A stretch of DNA of 64,000 nt. Source: Calditrichota bacterium. GTDB lineage: Bacteria; Electryoneota; AABM5-125-24; Hatepunaeales; Hatepunaeaceae. The position numbers and the translations under genes were made by a program. This document shows positions 38,300 through 47,684 of this stretch, one piece after another. How positions within the stretch are numbered: position 1 is the first letter of the stretch; every line of letters starts with the position of its first letter. The notes beneath the pieces were generated by a model. It saw only the letters and a program-made list of their open reading frames with translations. It made no database searches and was not told the DNA's origin. The DNA lies in the NCBI GenBank assembly GCA_018644935.1, contig JABGPL010000002.1, forward strand, positions 20,139 to 84,138, read 5' to 3'.

Positions 38300-39223
38300 T
38301 TGAAAGTGGTATTTATGGGGACGCCGCAGTTTGCCGTCCCGACGCTCACAGCATTAATGAGAAGTAAGCACGAAGTCTGTCTGGTTGTTACCGGCCCGGA
38401 TAAGCGTGCTGGACGTTCACTGAAGGTGACAACCACTCCGGTTAAAAGAATGGCTGAGGAATTGGAACTCCCAATTCTACAGCCGATTGATTTTAAAAAT
38501 CCAGATTTTTTGGCACAATTATCAGAAGCTAGCCCGGATTTGTGTGTGGTTGTAGCGTTTAAAATTCTCCCGTTGGCAGTTTTGGAAATTCCGAAATTCG
38601 GCTGTGTTAATCTGCATCCGTCTATGCTGCCGGATTTGAGAGGAGCCGCCCCTATAAATTGGGCCTTGATGAATGGATATACTTCCACGGGAATGACAAC
38701 GTTCCTGATAGAAAAACGTGTCGATGCAGGAGGTATCTTGATTCAGGAACCTGTAGAGATACAACCTGAAGATGATGCCGGATCATTGTCCGAACGTTTA
38801 TCAAAGAATGGTGCTGATCTCATTGTTAGGACAATCGATCTTTTGGAGAAATGCTCAATTACGCCGTGTAAACAGAACGGTAGTGTCACTAAAGCACCCA
38901 AAATTACAATTGAGATTTGTGAACTTGACTGGTCAAAAACAGCTCAACAATTGCATAACCAGATACGAGGGCTGTCCCCTACTCCAAGTGCATTCACACA
39001 TATTAAGAAGAAACGTCTGAAAATTTACAAATCGGTAGTTGTCGATTCTGATTATCAGGGAGAACCTGGAGAAATAATCGGATTTGAAAACGATGTGTTA
39101 ATTGTAGCAACAGGTTCCGGTAAACTTGGCATTATGGACTTGCAGGTTGAAGGAAAACGGCGAATGACATCCTCGGAGTTCCAACGAGGCGCACATAACA
39201 TAATTGGAACTAAGTTTGCATAA
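38300..39223 (+). CDS. fmt: Methionyl-tRNA formyltransferase
   Basis: MKVVFMGTPQFAVPTL, and the formyltransferase N and C domains. Confidence 0.85.
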   Translation: MKVVFMGTPQFAVPTLTALMRSKHEVCLVVTGPDKRAGRSLKVTTTPVKRMAEELELPILQPIDFKNPDFLAQLSEASPDLCVVVAFKILPLAVLEIPKFGCVNLHPSMLPDLRGAAPINWALMNGYTSTGMTTFLIEKRVDAGGILIQEPVEIQPEDDAGSLSERLSKNGADLIVRTIDLLEKCSITPCKQNGSVTKAPKITIEICELDWSKTAQQLHNQIRGLSPTPSAFTHIKKKRLKIYKSVVVDSDYQGEPGEIIGFENDVLIVATGSGKLGIMDLQVEGKRRMTSSEFQRGAHNIIGTKFA

Positions 39224-39263
39224 GATGAGTTTTAGATAGACATGATTAGAAACTTAAGAGAGA

Positions 39264-39956
39264 TTGATTATGCCGTTTATGTTTGATTCAACAATCGTAC
39301 TGCTGATCCCTGCATTGATTCTCGCATTCTGGGCTCAATGGAAGGTAAAGCGTGCGTACCGAAAATACAGTCAGGTGCGCTCCGATTCGGGATTGTCGGG
39401 AGCAGAGGTTGCCAGAAAAATACTTGATATGTTCGGGCTGAATGACGTTGAAGTGATTTCAACAGAGGGTGTACTAAGCGATCACTATAACCCCAAGACT
39501 CGTCAGGTGTGCCTTTCAGAACCGATATATCACACAGATTCAGTTGCAGCACTTGGAATAGCAGCTCATGAAGTTGGCCATGCCATACAGCATGCAAAAG
39601 GATACTATTTCCTACAGCTCAGACATACATTGTTAGCTCCTGCGAACCTTGGATCGACATTGGCTTTTCCACTCTTTCTTATCGGCTTTTTTTTCTCATC
39701 GTTTAGTTGGCTGATGACATTGGGAATAGGGCTTTTTGGATCAGTACTTGCCTTTCAACTTGTTACGTTACCAGTCGAATTTGATGCTTCAAAACGGGCT
39801 CTGGCAAATCTAAGAAGTACAGGTATTTTGGTTGATCGTGAAGTTGGTCAAGCACGAGCGGTCCTTTCAGCAGCGGCACTTACCTACATTGCCGCGGTTA
39901 TAGTGACACTCACACATTTTCTAAGGCTCATTATCCTTAGCTTTGCCCAGGATTGA
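39264..39956 (+). CDS. Membrane zinc metallopeptidase (Zn_peptidase_2 / YugP-like)
   Basis: AAHEVGHAIQH HExxH motif within a polytopic membrane protein. Confidence 0.65.
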   Translation: MIMPFMFDSTIVLLIPALILAFWAQWKVKRAYRKYSQVRSDSGLSGAEVARKILDMFGLNDVEVISTEGVLSDHYNPKTRQVCLSEPIYHTDSVAALGIAAHEVGHAIQHAKGYYFLQLRHTLLAPANLGSTLAFPLFLIGFFFSSFSWLMTLGIGLFGSVLAFQLVTLPVEFDASKRALANLRSTGILVDREVGQARAVLSAAALTYIAAVIVTLTHFLRLIILSFAQD

Positions 39957-41439
39957 GATAACATTAATTCAAGCATACAATAGGCAGGACACAATTTCAG
40001 AGGAACACAAAAAAGAAGGAAAAACCTTCAAGCGTCGAGTGAGACCACGCCCTGACCAAAAAAAGCCCAGTTTGTATAAATCTAGAACTGCGGCAACGAA
40101 GAAAGAACGTCCTCCCCTTACGCCTCGCGAAGCCGTAGTTGAGACCTATTCCCGCTGGATAGATAATCATTTCAGAATAGATTTATCTGCACAGAAGACC
40201 ATTGAGAGGTGGGATTGGGAAACTCGTGATCGGGCGTTTTTCCTCGAAATGATTTATGGCATCGTGCGTCAACACAAACGAATTGAGTGGTTGATCAGAA
40301 GATTAGGTGGTCAGAAAGATGTCCCTCATGCCAAGGCATATGCGTGCGCAGCTTCCGGTATCTACCAGATGTTGTTTCTCGACCGTGTTCCTGACTTTGC
40401 GATTGTAGATTCAGCAGTACTAATCGCACGCAGGGCTCATGGTCCCGCAGTTGCAGGTTGGGTGAACGCAATTCTGAGAAGGCTTGGACGAGAACGTGAC
40501 CAGTGGGTTAATGCCAGCCCTGGTTCACAAGATAAGTCGTTTGAATTGTCTATTAAATACAGCTATCCCGCATGGATGCTTGAGCGATGGCTCCGGCAGA
40601 TGCAAAACAAAGAGCTCGAAAATTTCCTGACATGGAATAATAGGCGTCCGCGAATAAACCTGAGAGTTAATCAGCAGAAAACTTCCGTAGCTGAGTTAAA
40701 GGATGTTTTATCTGAAAATGGAATAAGAGCGGATATTTCCGAAATTGATCCGAACTTTCTGGTTATACAACAGACTCGAAATCCGGACACTTTAAAATCA
40801 GTCAAAGATGGTATTGCGACTGTTCAAGACCATGCACAGGGATTAGTCGCCCGATTGGTTCAACCGACCAAAGGGGAGAAAATCCTTGACTTGTGCGCGG
40901 CTCCTGGTGGAAAAGCAGGATACATCGCAGAGATTTGTCCGGAATGTTCAATTATAGCGACAGACAAAGATCCGCTCAGACTTCAATCTGTGGAAAATCT
41001 CATCAGGAGGGTTGGATACTCAAACATAACCACTCTTCCATATGATGAGATTTTAAGCAACCGAAACACCTATGATGCAATTGTAATTGATGCACCCTGT
41101 ACCGGCACTGGAGTATTGGCTCGCAGACCCGATCTCAGATGGCGACGAGACCCGAGCGATGTTAAACGTATGGCGTCCGTTCAGGAACAGATTTTGAGAT
41201 ATGCAGCGAACCGTGTTGGAGCTGGAGGACGGTTGATATACAGCACATGTTCAGTTGAGCCAGAAGAGAATATCGAACTCATCGAAAAGTTTATGGAGGA
41301 TCATCCGACCTTCCGAATTGTAAGTGTAAAAGATCCTGTACTGGAGAAACTAACTGATGACCGTGGTGTATTAAGTAAGATTGGATCTGACATCAAGAGT
41401 GACGGTGTTTTTGCAGTCAGATTAGAGCGGTCAAAATGA
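39943..41439 (+). CDS. rsmB: 16S rRNA (cytosine-C5)-methyltransferase RsmB/Sun
   Basis: NusB-like N-terminal domain; DLCAAPGGKAGYIAE; VIDAPCTGTGVLARRPDLRWRR; IYSTCS. The exact start is uncertain. Confidence 0.85.
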   Translation: MPRIEITLIQAYNRQDTISEEHKKEGKTFKRRVRPRPDQKKPSLYKSRTAATKKERPPLTPREAVVETYSRWIDNHFRIDLSAQKTIERWDWETRDRAFFLEMIYGIVRQHKRIEWLIRRLGGQKDVPHAKAYACAASGIYQMLFLDRVPDFAIVDSAVLIARRAHGPAVAGWVNAILRRLGRERDQWVNASPGSQDKSFELSIKYSYPAWMLERWLRQMQNKELENFLTWNNRRPRINLRVNQQKTSVAELKDVLSENGIRADISEIDPNFLVIQQTRNPDTLKSVKDGIATVQDHAQGLVARLVQPTKGEKILDLCAAPGGKAGYIAEICPECSIIATDKDPLRLQSVENLIRRVGYSNITTLPYDEILSNRNTYDAIVIDAPCTGTGVLARRPDLRWRRDPSDVKRMASVQEQILRYAANRVGAGGRLIYSTCSVEPEENIELIEKFMEDHPTFRIVSVKDPVLEKLTDDRGVLSKIGSDIKSDGVFAVRLERSK

Positions 41440-42269
41440 ATGCAAGTCTCCGGGATGTCAAAGCGAAAAAAAAGCATGATTGGAGCCTGAAAGGGTTAAC
41501 AACCAGAAAAGGTTTCGTCCGCACAACTAATGCTATTGCAGGATTATTAGTTGTTGTCTTTGCTGCATTCTGGACTATTGCTTTAATTGACCGGATAATA
41601 ATGCCGCTTGTGGTCGCCGGTGGTGTAGAAATTAGTGTTCCTGATTTGAGAGAAATGCCGTTAGCGAGTGCCGAAAAAGTTTGTGATGAAAAAGGAATTG
41701 AACTCGTGCAGGGTGACCGGATGCGAGTGGACAACAGGCATGAAGCAGGTACAGTGGTTGATCAATTTCCTGTTGCGGGATCGCTTGTTAAGCCCGGAAG
41801 ACGTGTGGAAGTTGTTTTGAGTGTCCGGGAGCAGCTGCTGATTTGTCCGGATGTGATGGGAAGATCCCCTCGGGAAGCTGTTTTGATTGCGGATTCAACC
41901 GGGATTGTTGTTCTTTTGGAGAATGTTACTTATCGACATTCCAATGCCTTACCCGAAGGTGTGATAATGTACCAACAACCTCAACCGAATGAGAGAATTT
42001 TGAGGAACAGTGAGTTGAGCTTGACTGTCAGTACCGGAACAAAGCCGGAAAAAATTGTTGCACCGGACTTAATCGGTCGTCAGATTTCTGAAATTGATTT
42101 AGTTCTTGCCAAATTTGAGTTAAAGTTAGGGCAGGTTTCCCGGTATCCGCAAAAGTCATCCCGAGAGGGAATTATACTTGAGCAAACCCCAAAAAGTGGT
42201 ACTGCAATGGTCTCCGGGCAGAGAATAGATCTTAAAATTGCGGTGTCTCCGTCTAAGAAAGGTGGTTAG
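41436..42269 (+). CDS. Membrane-anchored protein with three PASTA domains and no kinase or PBP domain
   Basis: N-terminal TM, then three ~65-aa repeats each beginning xPDLxG/xPDVMG and matching the PASTA consensus. Confidence 0.65.
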   Translation: MNASLRDVKAKKKHDWSLKGLTTRKGFVRTTNAIAGLLVVVFAAFWTIALIDRIIMPLVVAGGVEISVPDLREMPLASAEKVCDEKGIELVQGDRMRVDNRHEAGTVVDQFPVAGSLVKPGRRVEVVLSVREQLLICPDVMGRSPREAVLIADSTGIVVLLENVTYRHSNALPEGVIMYQQPQPNERILRNSELSLTVSTGTKPEKIVAPDLIGRQISEIDLVLAKFELKLGQVSRYPQKSSREGIILEQTPKSGTAMVSGQRIDLKIAVSPSKKGG

Positions 42270-42275
42270 AAGTTC

Positions 42276-42944
42276 ATGCAAAAAGCGATAAACATATCCC
42301 CAAGCTTGTTGAGTGCAGACATGGCGCGACTGGCAGAGGCTGTTGAAATTGTTGCGGGAGATGCCGACTACATACACTGTGATGTGATGGATGATCATTT
42401 TGTTCCAAATCTGACCTTTGGTCCTCCGGTCATTGCTGCTGTGAAAAGGCTGAACCTCATAAAACTGGATGTTCACTTGATGATCGAATCTCCCGGCAGA
42501 CGGATAGAGGATTATCTGAAAGCTGGTCTTGACAAGGATGATTTTCTGGTCTTTCATTTTGAAGCAGAACCCGATTCGGAAAAATATTTAAAACTCATTC
42601 GGAACGCAGGAGTGAGGCCGGGTATTTCAATAAAGCCGGGAACACCTTTTGAAAATGTTAAAGATATCTTCCATCTCTGTGATCAGGTTCTCATCATGAC
42701 CGTAGAACCGGGTTTTGGTGGTCAGAAGTTTATGGAGGACATGATGTCAAAAGTCTCTGCTGCAAGAAAACTCGCAAAACCACACCAGATTATCGCAGTT
42801 GACGGTGGTGTTGATATAAATACCGCTCGAATTGTGGTCAAGGCTGGAGCAGATTTGCTTGTTGCCGGCAGCGCAATATACGGTAAAGACGATCCCGCGA
42901 AGGCAATTGTGGATATAAGGAAATCAGTGACTGACATAAGTTGA
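42276..42944 (+). CDS. rpe: Ribulose-phosphate 3-epimerase
   Basis: ISPSLLSADMARL...IHCDVMDDHFVPNLTFGP... Confidence 0.9.
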   Translation: MQKAINISPSLLSADMARLAEAVEIVAGDADYIHCDVMDDHFVPNLTFGPPVIAAVKRLNLIKLDVHLMIESPGRRIEDYLKAGLDKDDFLVFHFEAEPDSEKYLKLIRNAGVRPGISIKPGTPFENVKDIFHLCDQVLIMTVEPGFGGQKFMEDMMSKVSAARKLAKPHQIIAVDGGVDINTARIVVKAGADLLVAGSAIYGKDDPAKAIVDIRKSVTDIS

Positions 42945-42948
42945 TTTT

Positions 42949-42972
42949 TTACTTCCTTTGAAGTAATTTTTA
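42949..42972 (+). terminator. Rho-independent terminator after rpe
   Basis: ttacttc-cttt-gaagtaa hairpin followed by ttttt. Confidence 0.5.
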
Positions 42973-43049
42973 AGATTATATTTTTTTAGACATCTCCGGT
43001 AAAAGTGCAATGCACCTCAGACCACTGATTTCAATTCAGGTTTACGTTT

Positions 43050-45671
43050 TTGAAGCCATTGTCACCAGTTAAAAATAGAGGGATAACCCTCGGCTCTTTC
43101 TTGTTGGTTCTGCTCATTACAGCGGGATCAATACAGGTGTGCTACGCCTCAATTAGGAGCCTCAGCAGCTCTTTACCAGGCAAATCGATAGTTTTAGAAG
43201 ATCGGGGACGCTGGTCAGTTGGTCCTGATGATCATTTCATTGATTTGGCCGGGAAATGGGGTCTTGTTGTCGGAGATAGAGCGGAGTCAGATAGCGTAAG
43301 GCTGCCCTTTGTCTGGGATGACTGGGAAGGGGTAATTGAGATATCTCGCAGTTTTTATCTTCCTCAGGATTATATTGATTACAGGTGGAAACTTGTAATA
43401 GATGGAGCCTCCCAAGCTGTCAAGATTGCCCTCAATGGCGTTAATCTGGACACACGACGAAGCGATGATGCTTCATTTCAATTAGACCTTAATCCACGAA
43501 CCCTACGCTTTGATCCAAAGCAAAATCACATCTCGATTAGACTAAGCAATCGACTGGACAATTTCCATTCACCACCATTAAGAGGCAGCATCTTTTCGCG
43601 TAGACGTTATGGTGGGATTGCGAGAGGCGTGTATCTTGTGGCATCTCCCTATGCGCAGATAATAGACCTCAGCGCAAAATGGGTAGCCGGGAAACCTGAT
43701 CGGAATAATTTTGTTGAAATAGAATTGGAAATGCGGGAGTCACCCAATTCTGCCGGGATTGAAGGCAATGATTCACCTGAATATAAGTATCAGATCCAAC
43801 TCCTGAATTCATCTGGTGGTGTTGCATACACAACTGATACAACGCGTCTGATATTTCCTGAGAGAAAAATCAGTAAAAAGGTGATCCGTATCCCATATCC
43901 GGACATTAATCCTTGGGAGATAAGCGGTACCCCGGATATTTACACCGCTCAAGCAACATTAATACGTCCGGATGGCTTGCACAGATCGTCTGCAATATTT
44001 GGAGCACTGACCTTAGACCTGGATGAAAAAGGATTCAAGGTAAATAATGTCCGAAGGAAACTGAAATGCATTTCCTACCTGAACGCGGACCCAAATTATG
44101 GAAATGCTTCGCCGAGTGAATTGGTTGCAATGGATTTAAAGCTGATCAAAGAACTAGGCATTGATGCGATTCGGGTTGCACAGGGCACTGCCACTCCAGA
44201 CATGTTGAACTTATGCGACCATATGGGTCTGCTGGTCTTTACAGAATTACCGGTTTTTCAAGTGCCGGACGACATCCTCGGGGATGAGGATTTTATTAAC
44301 TCCGCTGCTGGTCAGATGGAGGAGTTAATCAGGCGCGACCGGAGATTTACCTGCATCGCCGGATGGGGTATTGGCTCAGAGATAAATCCTCCGAATTCAA
44401 CAAACGGGAGATTTTATTCTACCTTGACGGATTTGGTTCATCAGCTTGATGATCGGCCTGTATATGCAGCAATTCCATTTTCTGAAACATTCAGAGCGGC
44501 ACCTCTTGATTTGGTGATTCTTGAGTTGACTAAATATAGTCCTTATCTGGATCACGAGTTGCCGAGTGTAATTGATGGTGATCGTCCCGCGATACTTGGT
44601 GGAATCAAACGAACAATAATGCCCGGCAACATCGGTGGATGGGAAGACCCAACTTCAGAAGCCGGACAGGCGAAATTCATCGTCGATAAAGTAAGACAGG
44701 CTGGAAACCTTGACTGGTGCATTGGAATTGTTACAGGTGATTTTGGTGATTGGATGGGTATGATTCCCTCAATCTCGGGACCATTTCATGGTTCGCACGA
44801 GAAATATGCTACCGGTCTCGTAACACCAGGACGGTTGACCAGACCTGCATATCAGCGTTTAAAGGAATTCTGGGCTTCCAGATCGGCAGAGCCATTATCA
44901 CGTGGTATGTATAGTGGAGGAGAACCTGCACTTTTGTTGGTCTTCGGGATCTTTCTGATCTTTGTTCTCCTTGCTGCCATGCGCCAGAATAATATTTTCA
45001 GGTTCAACCTGATGCGTACTTTTACCTCACCAAGAGGATTCTTTCAAGATATAAGCGATTTTAGATATTTCCAGAGTGGTCATACTCTGCTTTTGACAGT
45101 TCTAATATCAGGGGGACTTGGACTTGTAGGGGCAAGTTGGCTGCATGCTCATCGAGAAAGCTATGCCGTAGACTGGTTTTTTGGATATATTCTGAGTTCA
45201 ACGGATCTCATCGGATGGGTAGGATCTGTTTTCTGGCAGCCGTTCAGAGCATTTTTATTTTGCTGGTTGGTCACCTTTGTTCTGGTATGGATAGGGGCAT
45301 TTCAATCTTCTATCATCTCCTCGTTGTTTGTCAGAAAGAGGACTTTTATCCAGAGCTTTGATTATGTGGTTTGGGCTGGAGCACCGATGCTTATTTTACT
45401 GCCACTTGGCAGTATTGCAGCGAGACTATATTCTCGTAATGCCGACATTCTCTTAAACAGTCTGGTTACATTTCTCATATTCTGGTCATTGTCGCGCTTG
45501 ATATGGGTATATAAGCACCATATTCGAAGGTCAATTGGTGTTGTAGTGGTGCTTTGGATTGGACCTCCGTTTGTGTTTGTAGTGGGCTGTCTGATTGCTC
45601 TTGATTATTTGAGGTCATTCAGTTCATATTGGGATTTTATAGGTAGTACAATTGTTCAGGGATTTTTTTAA
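43050..45671 (+). CDS. Glycoside hydrolase family 2-like ectodomain fused to a C-terminal polytopic (Yip1-like) membrane domain
   Basis: Signal peptide. GH2-type sugar-binding, Ig-like and TIM-barrel regions (e.g. MDLKLIKELGIDAIRVAQGT...CDHMGLLVFTELP; GWGIGSE). The last ~280 aa contain at least 6 predicted TM helices. Confidence 0.5.
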   Translation: MKPLSPVKNRGITLGSFLLVLLITAGSIQVCYASIRSLSSSLPGKSIVLEDRGRWSVGPDDHFIDLAGKWGLVVGDRAESDSVRLPFVWDDWEGVIEISRSFYLPQDYIDYRWKLVIDGASQAVKIALNGVNLDTRRSDDASFQLDLNPRTLRFDPKQNHISIRLSNRLDNFHSPPLRGSIFSRRRYGGIARGVYLVASPYAQIIDLSAKWVAGKPDRNNFVEIELEMRESPNSAGIEGNDSPEYKYQIQLLNSSGGVAYTTDTTRLIFPERKISKKVIRIPYPDINPWEISGTPDIYTAQATLIRPDGLHRSSAIFGALTLDLDEKGFKVNNVRRKLKCISYLNADPNYGNASPSELVAMDLKLIKELGIDAIRVAQGTATPDMLNLCDHMGLLVFTELPVFQVPDDILGDEDFINSAAGQMEELIRRDRRFTCIAGWGIGSEINPPNSTNGRFYSTLTDLVHQLDDRPVYAAIPFSETFRAAPLDLVILELTKYSPYLDHELPSVIDGDRPAILGGIKRTIMPGNIGGWEDPTSEAGQAKFIVDKVRQAGNLDWCIGIVTGDFGDWMGMIPSISGPFHGSHEKYATGLVTPGRLTRPAYQRLKEFWASRSAEPLSRGMYSGGEPALLLVFGIFLIFVLLAAMRQNNIFRFNLMRTFTSPRGFFQDISDFRYFQSGHTLLLTVLISGGLGLVGASWLHAHRESYAVDWFFGYILSSTDLIGWVGSVFWQPFRAFLFCWLVTFVLVWIGAFQSSIISSLFVRKRTFIQSFDYVVWAGAPMLILLPLGSIAARLYSRNADILLNSLVTFLIFWSLSRLIWVYKHHIRRSIGVVVVLWIGPPFVFVVGCLIALDYLRSFSSYWDFIGSTIVQGFF

Positions 45672-45683
45672 GAGGGTAGATAT

Positions 45684-47171
45684 ATGAAATCATCGCAACT
45701 TAAAACAGGTGCCGACAGGATAGTTTCGACAGCATTAACTTTTGATGATGTTTTAATTCTTCCGGCACGTTCAGCCGTTCTTCCGCGAGAGGTTAGGCTG
45801 GCTTCGTATGTAACAAGGGGGTTGAAAATAAATATTCCCTTTATTAGTGCTGCAATGGACACGGTAACAGAATGGTTGCTGGCAATAGCGATAGCCCGAG
45901 AGGGCGGATTAGGAGTTATCCATAAGATGCTGTCGATTGAAGATCAGGCTGCACAGGTTACTAAAGTTAAAAGGTCAGAGAGCTTTACCATTCACAATCC
46001 AATTACAACACGCTCAGATTTACCATTGTCGCATGTCCATAGTGTCATGCACAAACACAATATTTCTGGTATACCAGTTGTAGATGGCGATGAATTGGTA
46101 GGTATGATAACTCATCGTGATATCAGGTTTACTGAAGATGTTACTCGTCCGGTTTCTGAGTATATGACCAAACAGCCACTTATTACTGCGCCGATTGGAA
46201 CAACTGTTGAACAGGCATGGGATATTTTTCAGGACAAGAGAATAGAAAAGCTTCCAGTTGTTGATGAAAACAAACGTCTCGTTGGGTTGATAACGGCTAA
46301 GGACATACAAAAAAAGAGGCAGTTTCCTAATGCATGCATGGATGATAAGGGAAGGCTATGTGTTGGTGCTGCAGTAGGGGTATCCGCTGAAACTATGGCG
46401 CGAGTGGAAGCACTCGTGAAGGCAGAAGCTGATTTGATTGTAGTTGATACAGCACACGGACATTCCGAAGGTGTACTTAGAACTGTTCGTGGAATTAGAG
46501 ATAATTTCCCAGACATTCAGATATTAGCTGGAAATGTGGCAACCGCTGATGGAGCTAAGGACCTCGTTGAAGCTGGGGTAGATGGTGTGAAAGTTGGGAT
46601 TGGAGCAGGCGCGATTTGCACAACCAGAGTGATTGCCGGCATAGGCGTTCCACAGGTTTCAGCCGTGATGGATTGTTCAGATGCACTTGCAGGAACAGGT
46701 ATACCGATTGTAGCCGATGGCGGAACCAGATATTCCGGTGATATAGCAAAGGCACTTGCTGCCGGTGCAAGCTCGGTTATGCTCGGTTCACTCTTTGCTG
46801 GTGTAGAAGAGGCTCCAGGTGAAACGGAATTGTGGGAAGGAAGAACCTACAAGGTGTTTTACGGTATGGGCTCGCTAGCTGCCATGAAGAAAGGGTCGGC
46901 CGACAGATACTTTCAGGAAGGGGCAGAACCAGATAAACTCGTTCCTGAGGGAATTGAAGGAAGAGTTCCTTTTAAAGGCAAATTAGCCGATACGATTCAC
47001 CAGTTGACAGGTGGACTTCGATCGGCTATGGGATACTGTGGTTGTCCCGATATCGAGAGCTTCAAAACCAAAACACGTTTTATACGAATGACTGCCGCTG
47101 GTATCCGCGAGAGTCATCCGCATGACGTCGTGATTAATAAGGAAGCACCAAATTATCAGGTAAAACTATAA
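45684..47171 (+). CDS. guaB: IMP dehydrogenase
   Basis: FDDVLILP, tandem CBS domains, [12 protein letters not shown] catalytic loop. Confidence 0.9.
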   Translation: MKSSQLKTGADRIVSTALTFDDVLILPARSAVLPREVRLASYVTRGLKINIPFISAAMDTVTEWLLAIAIAREGGLGVIHKMLSIEDQAAQVTKVKRSESFTIHNPITTRSDLPLSHVHSVMHKHNISGIPVVDGDELVGMITHRDIRFTEDVTRPVSEYMTKQPLITAPIGTTVEQAWDIFQDKRIEKLPVVDENKRLVGLITAKDIQKKRQFPNACMDDKGRLCVGAAVGVSAETMARVEALVKAEADLIVVDTAHGHSEGVLRTVRGIRDNFPDIQILAGNVATADGAKDLVEAGVDGVKVGIGAGAICTTRVIAGIGVPQVSAVMDCSDALAGTGIPIVADGGTRYSGDIAKALAAGASSVMLGSLFAGVEEAPGETELWEGRTYKVFYGMGSLAAMKKGSADRYFQEGAEPDKLVPEGIEGRVPFKGKLADTIHQLTGGLRSAMGYCGCPDIESFKTKTRFIRMTAAGIRESHPHDVVINKEAPNYQVKL

Positions 47172-47190
47172 ATGTTTTACGCTGAAATTG

Positions 47191-47448
47191 TTAGCTTGCC
47201 TGGCTTGCGACAAATTTTGAAAGACGAGATTTGCGACGCGAGGCTGTTTTGCGATGTACAACACCTTTGCTGACAAGTCTATCCAGAATCGCGCAAGCAC
47301 TTCTCAGGTTTTCCTGACGTGCTTCAGAGTTCTCGGATTCTCTTAACTTGCGGATTGAATTGCGCATTTTAGTGCGAAATTGACGGTTTCGTTCGTTAGC
47401 TTTGCGACTGGTTTTGATTCGCTTAAGTGCTGACTTATGATGTGCCAT
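47191..47448 (-). CDS. rpsT: 30S ribosomal protein S20
   Basis: MAHHKSALKRIKTSRKANERNRQFRTKMRN... Confidence 0.85.
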   Translation of the reverse strand: MAHHKSALKRIKTSRKANERNRQFRTKMRNSIRKLRESENSEARQENLRSACAILDRLVSKGVVHRKTASRRKSRLSKFVASQAS

Positions 47449-47684
47449 TGAAATTGCCTTTACTTGTTTTCAAACTTTATGTCTTTGACCGGATATGCAA
47501 TCCCGTGCATGTCACATTAGTATCTGTAGATTGATACATAAGAACTTCGGGAAAATAGCTTGCCAGTAAATTGACTTTTACTTGAGCTTTCTAATTTATC
47601 CATTTATTTTCGTTAAGTCAAGAGGTGTTTTTAATTTCCTCAAATCATACATACGATTGTAAGCAATATCCGCGGAGGTTTTGG

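Noticed and set aside
38227-38688. 153-aa minus-strand ORF overlapping yajC/fmt
   Set aside because: It is antisense to two confidently identified genes and has no recognisable domain.
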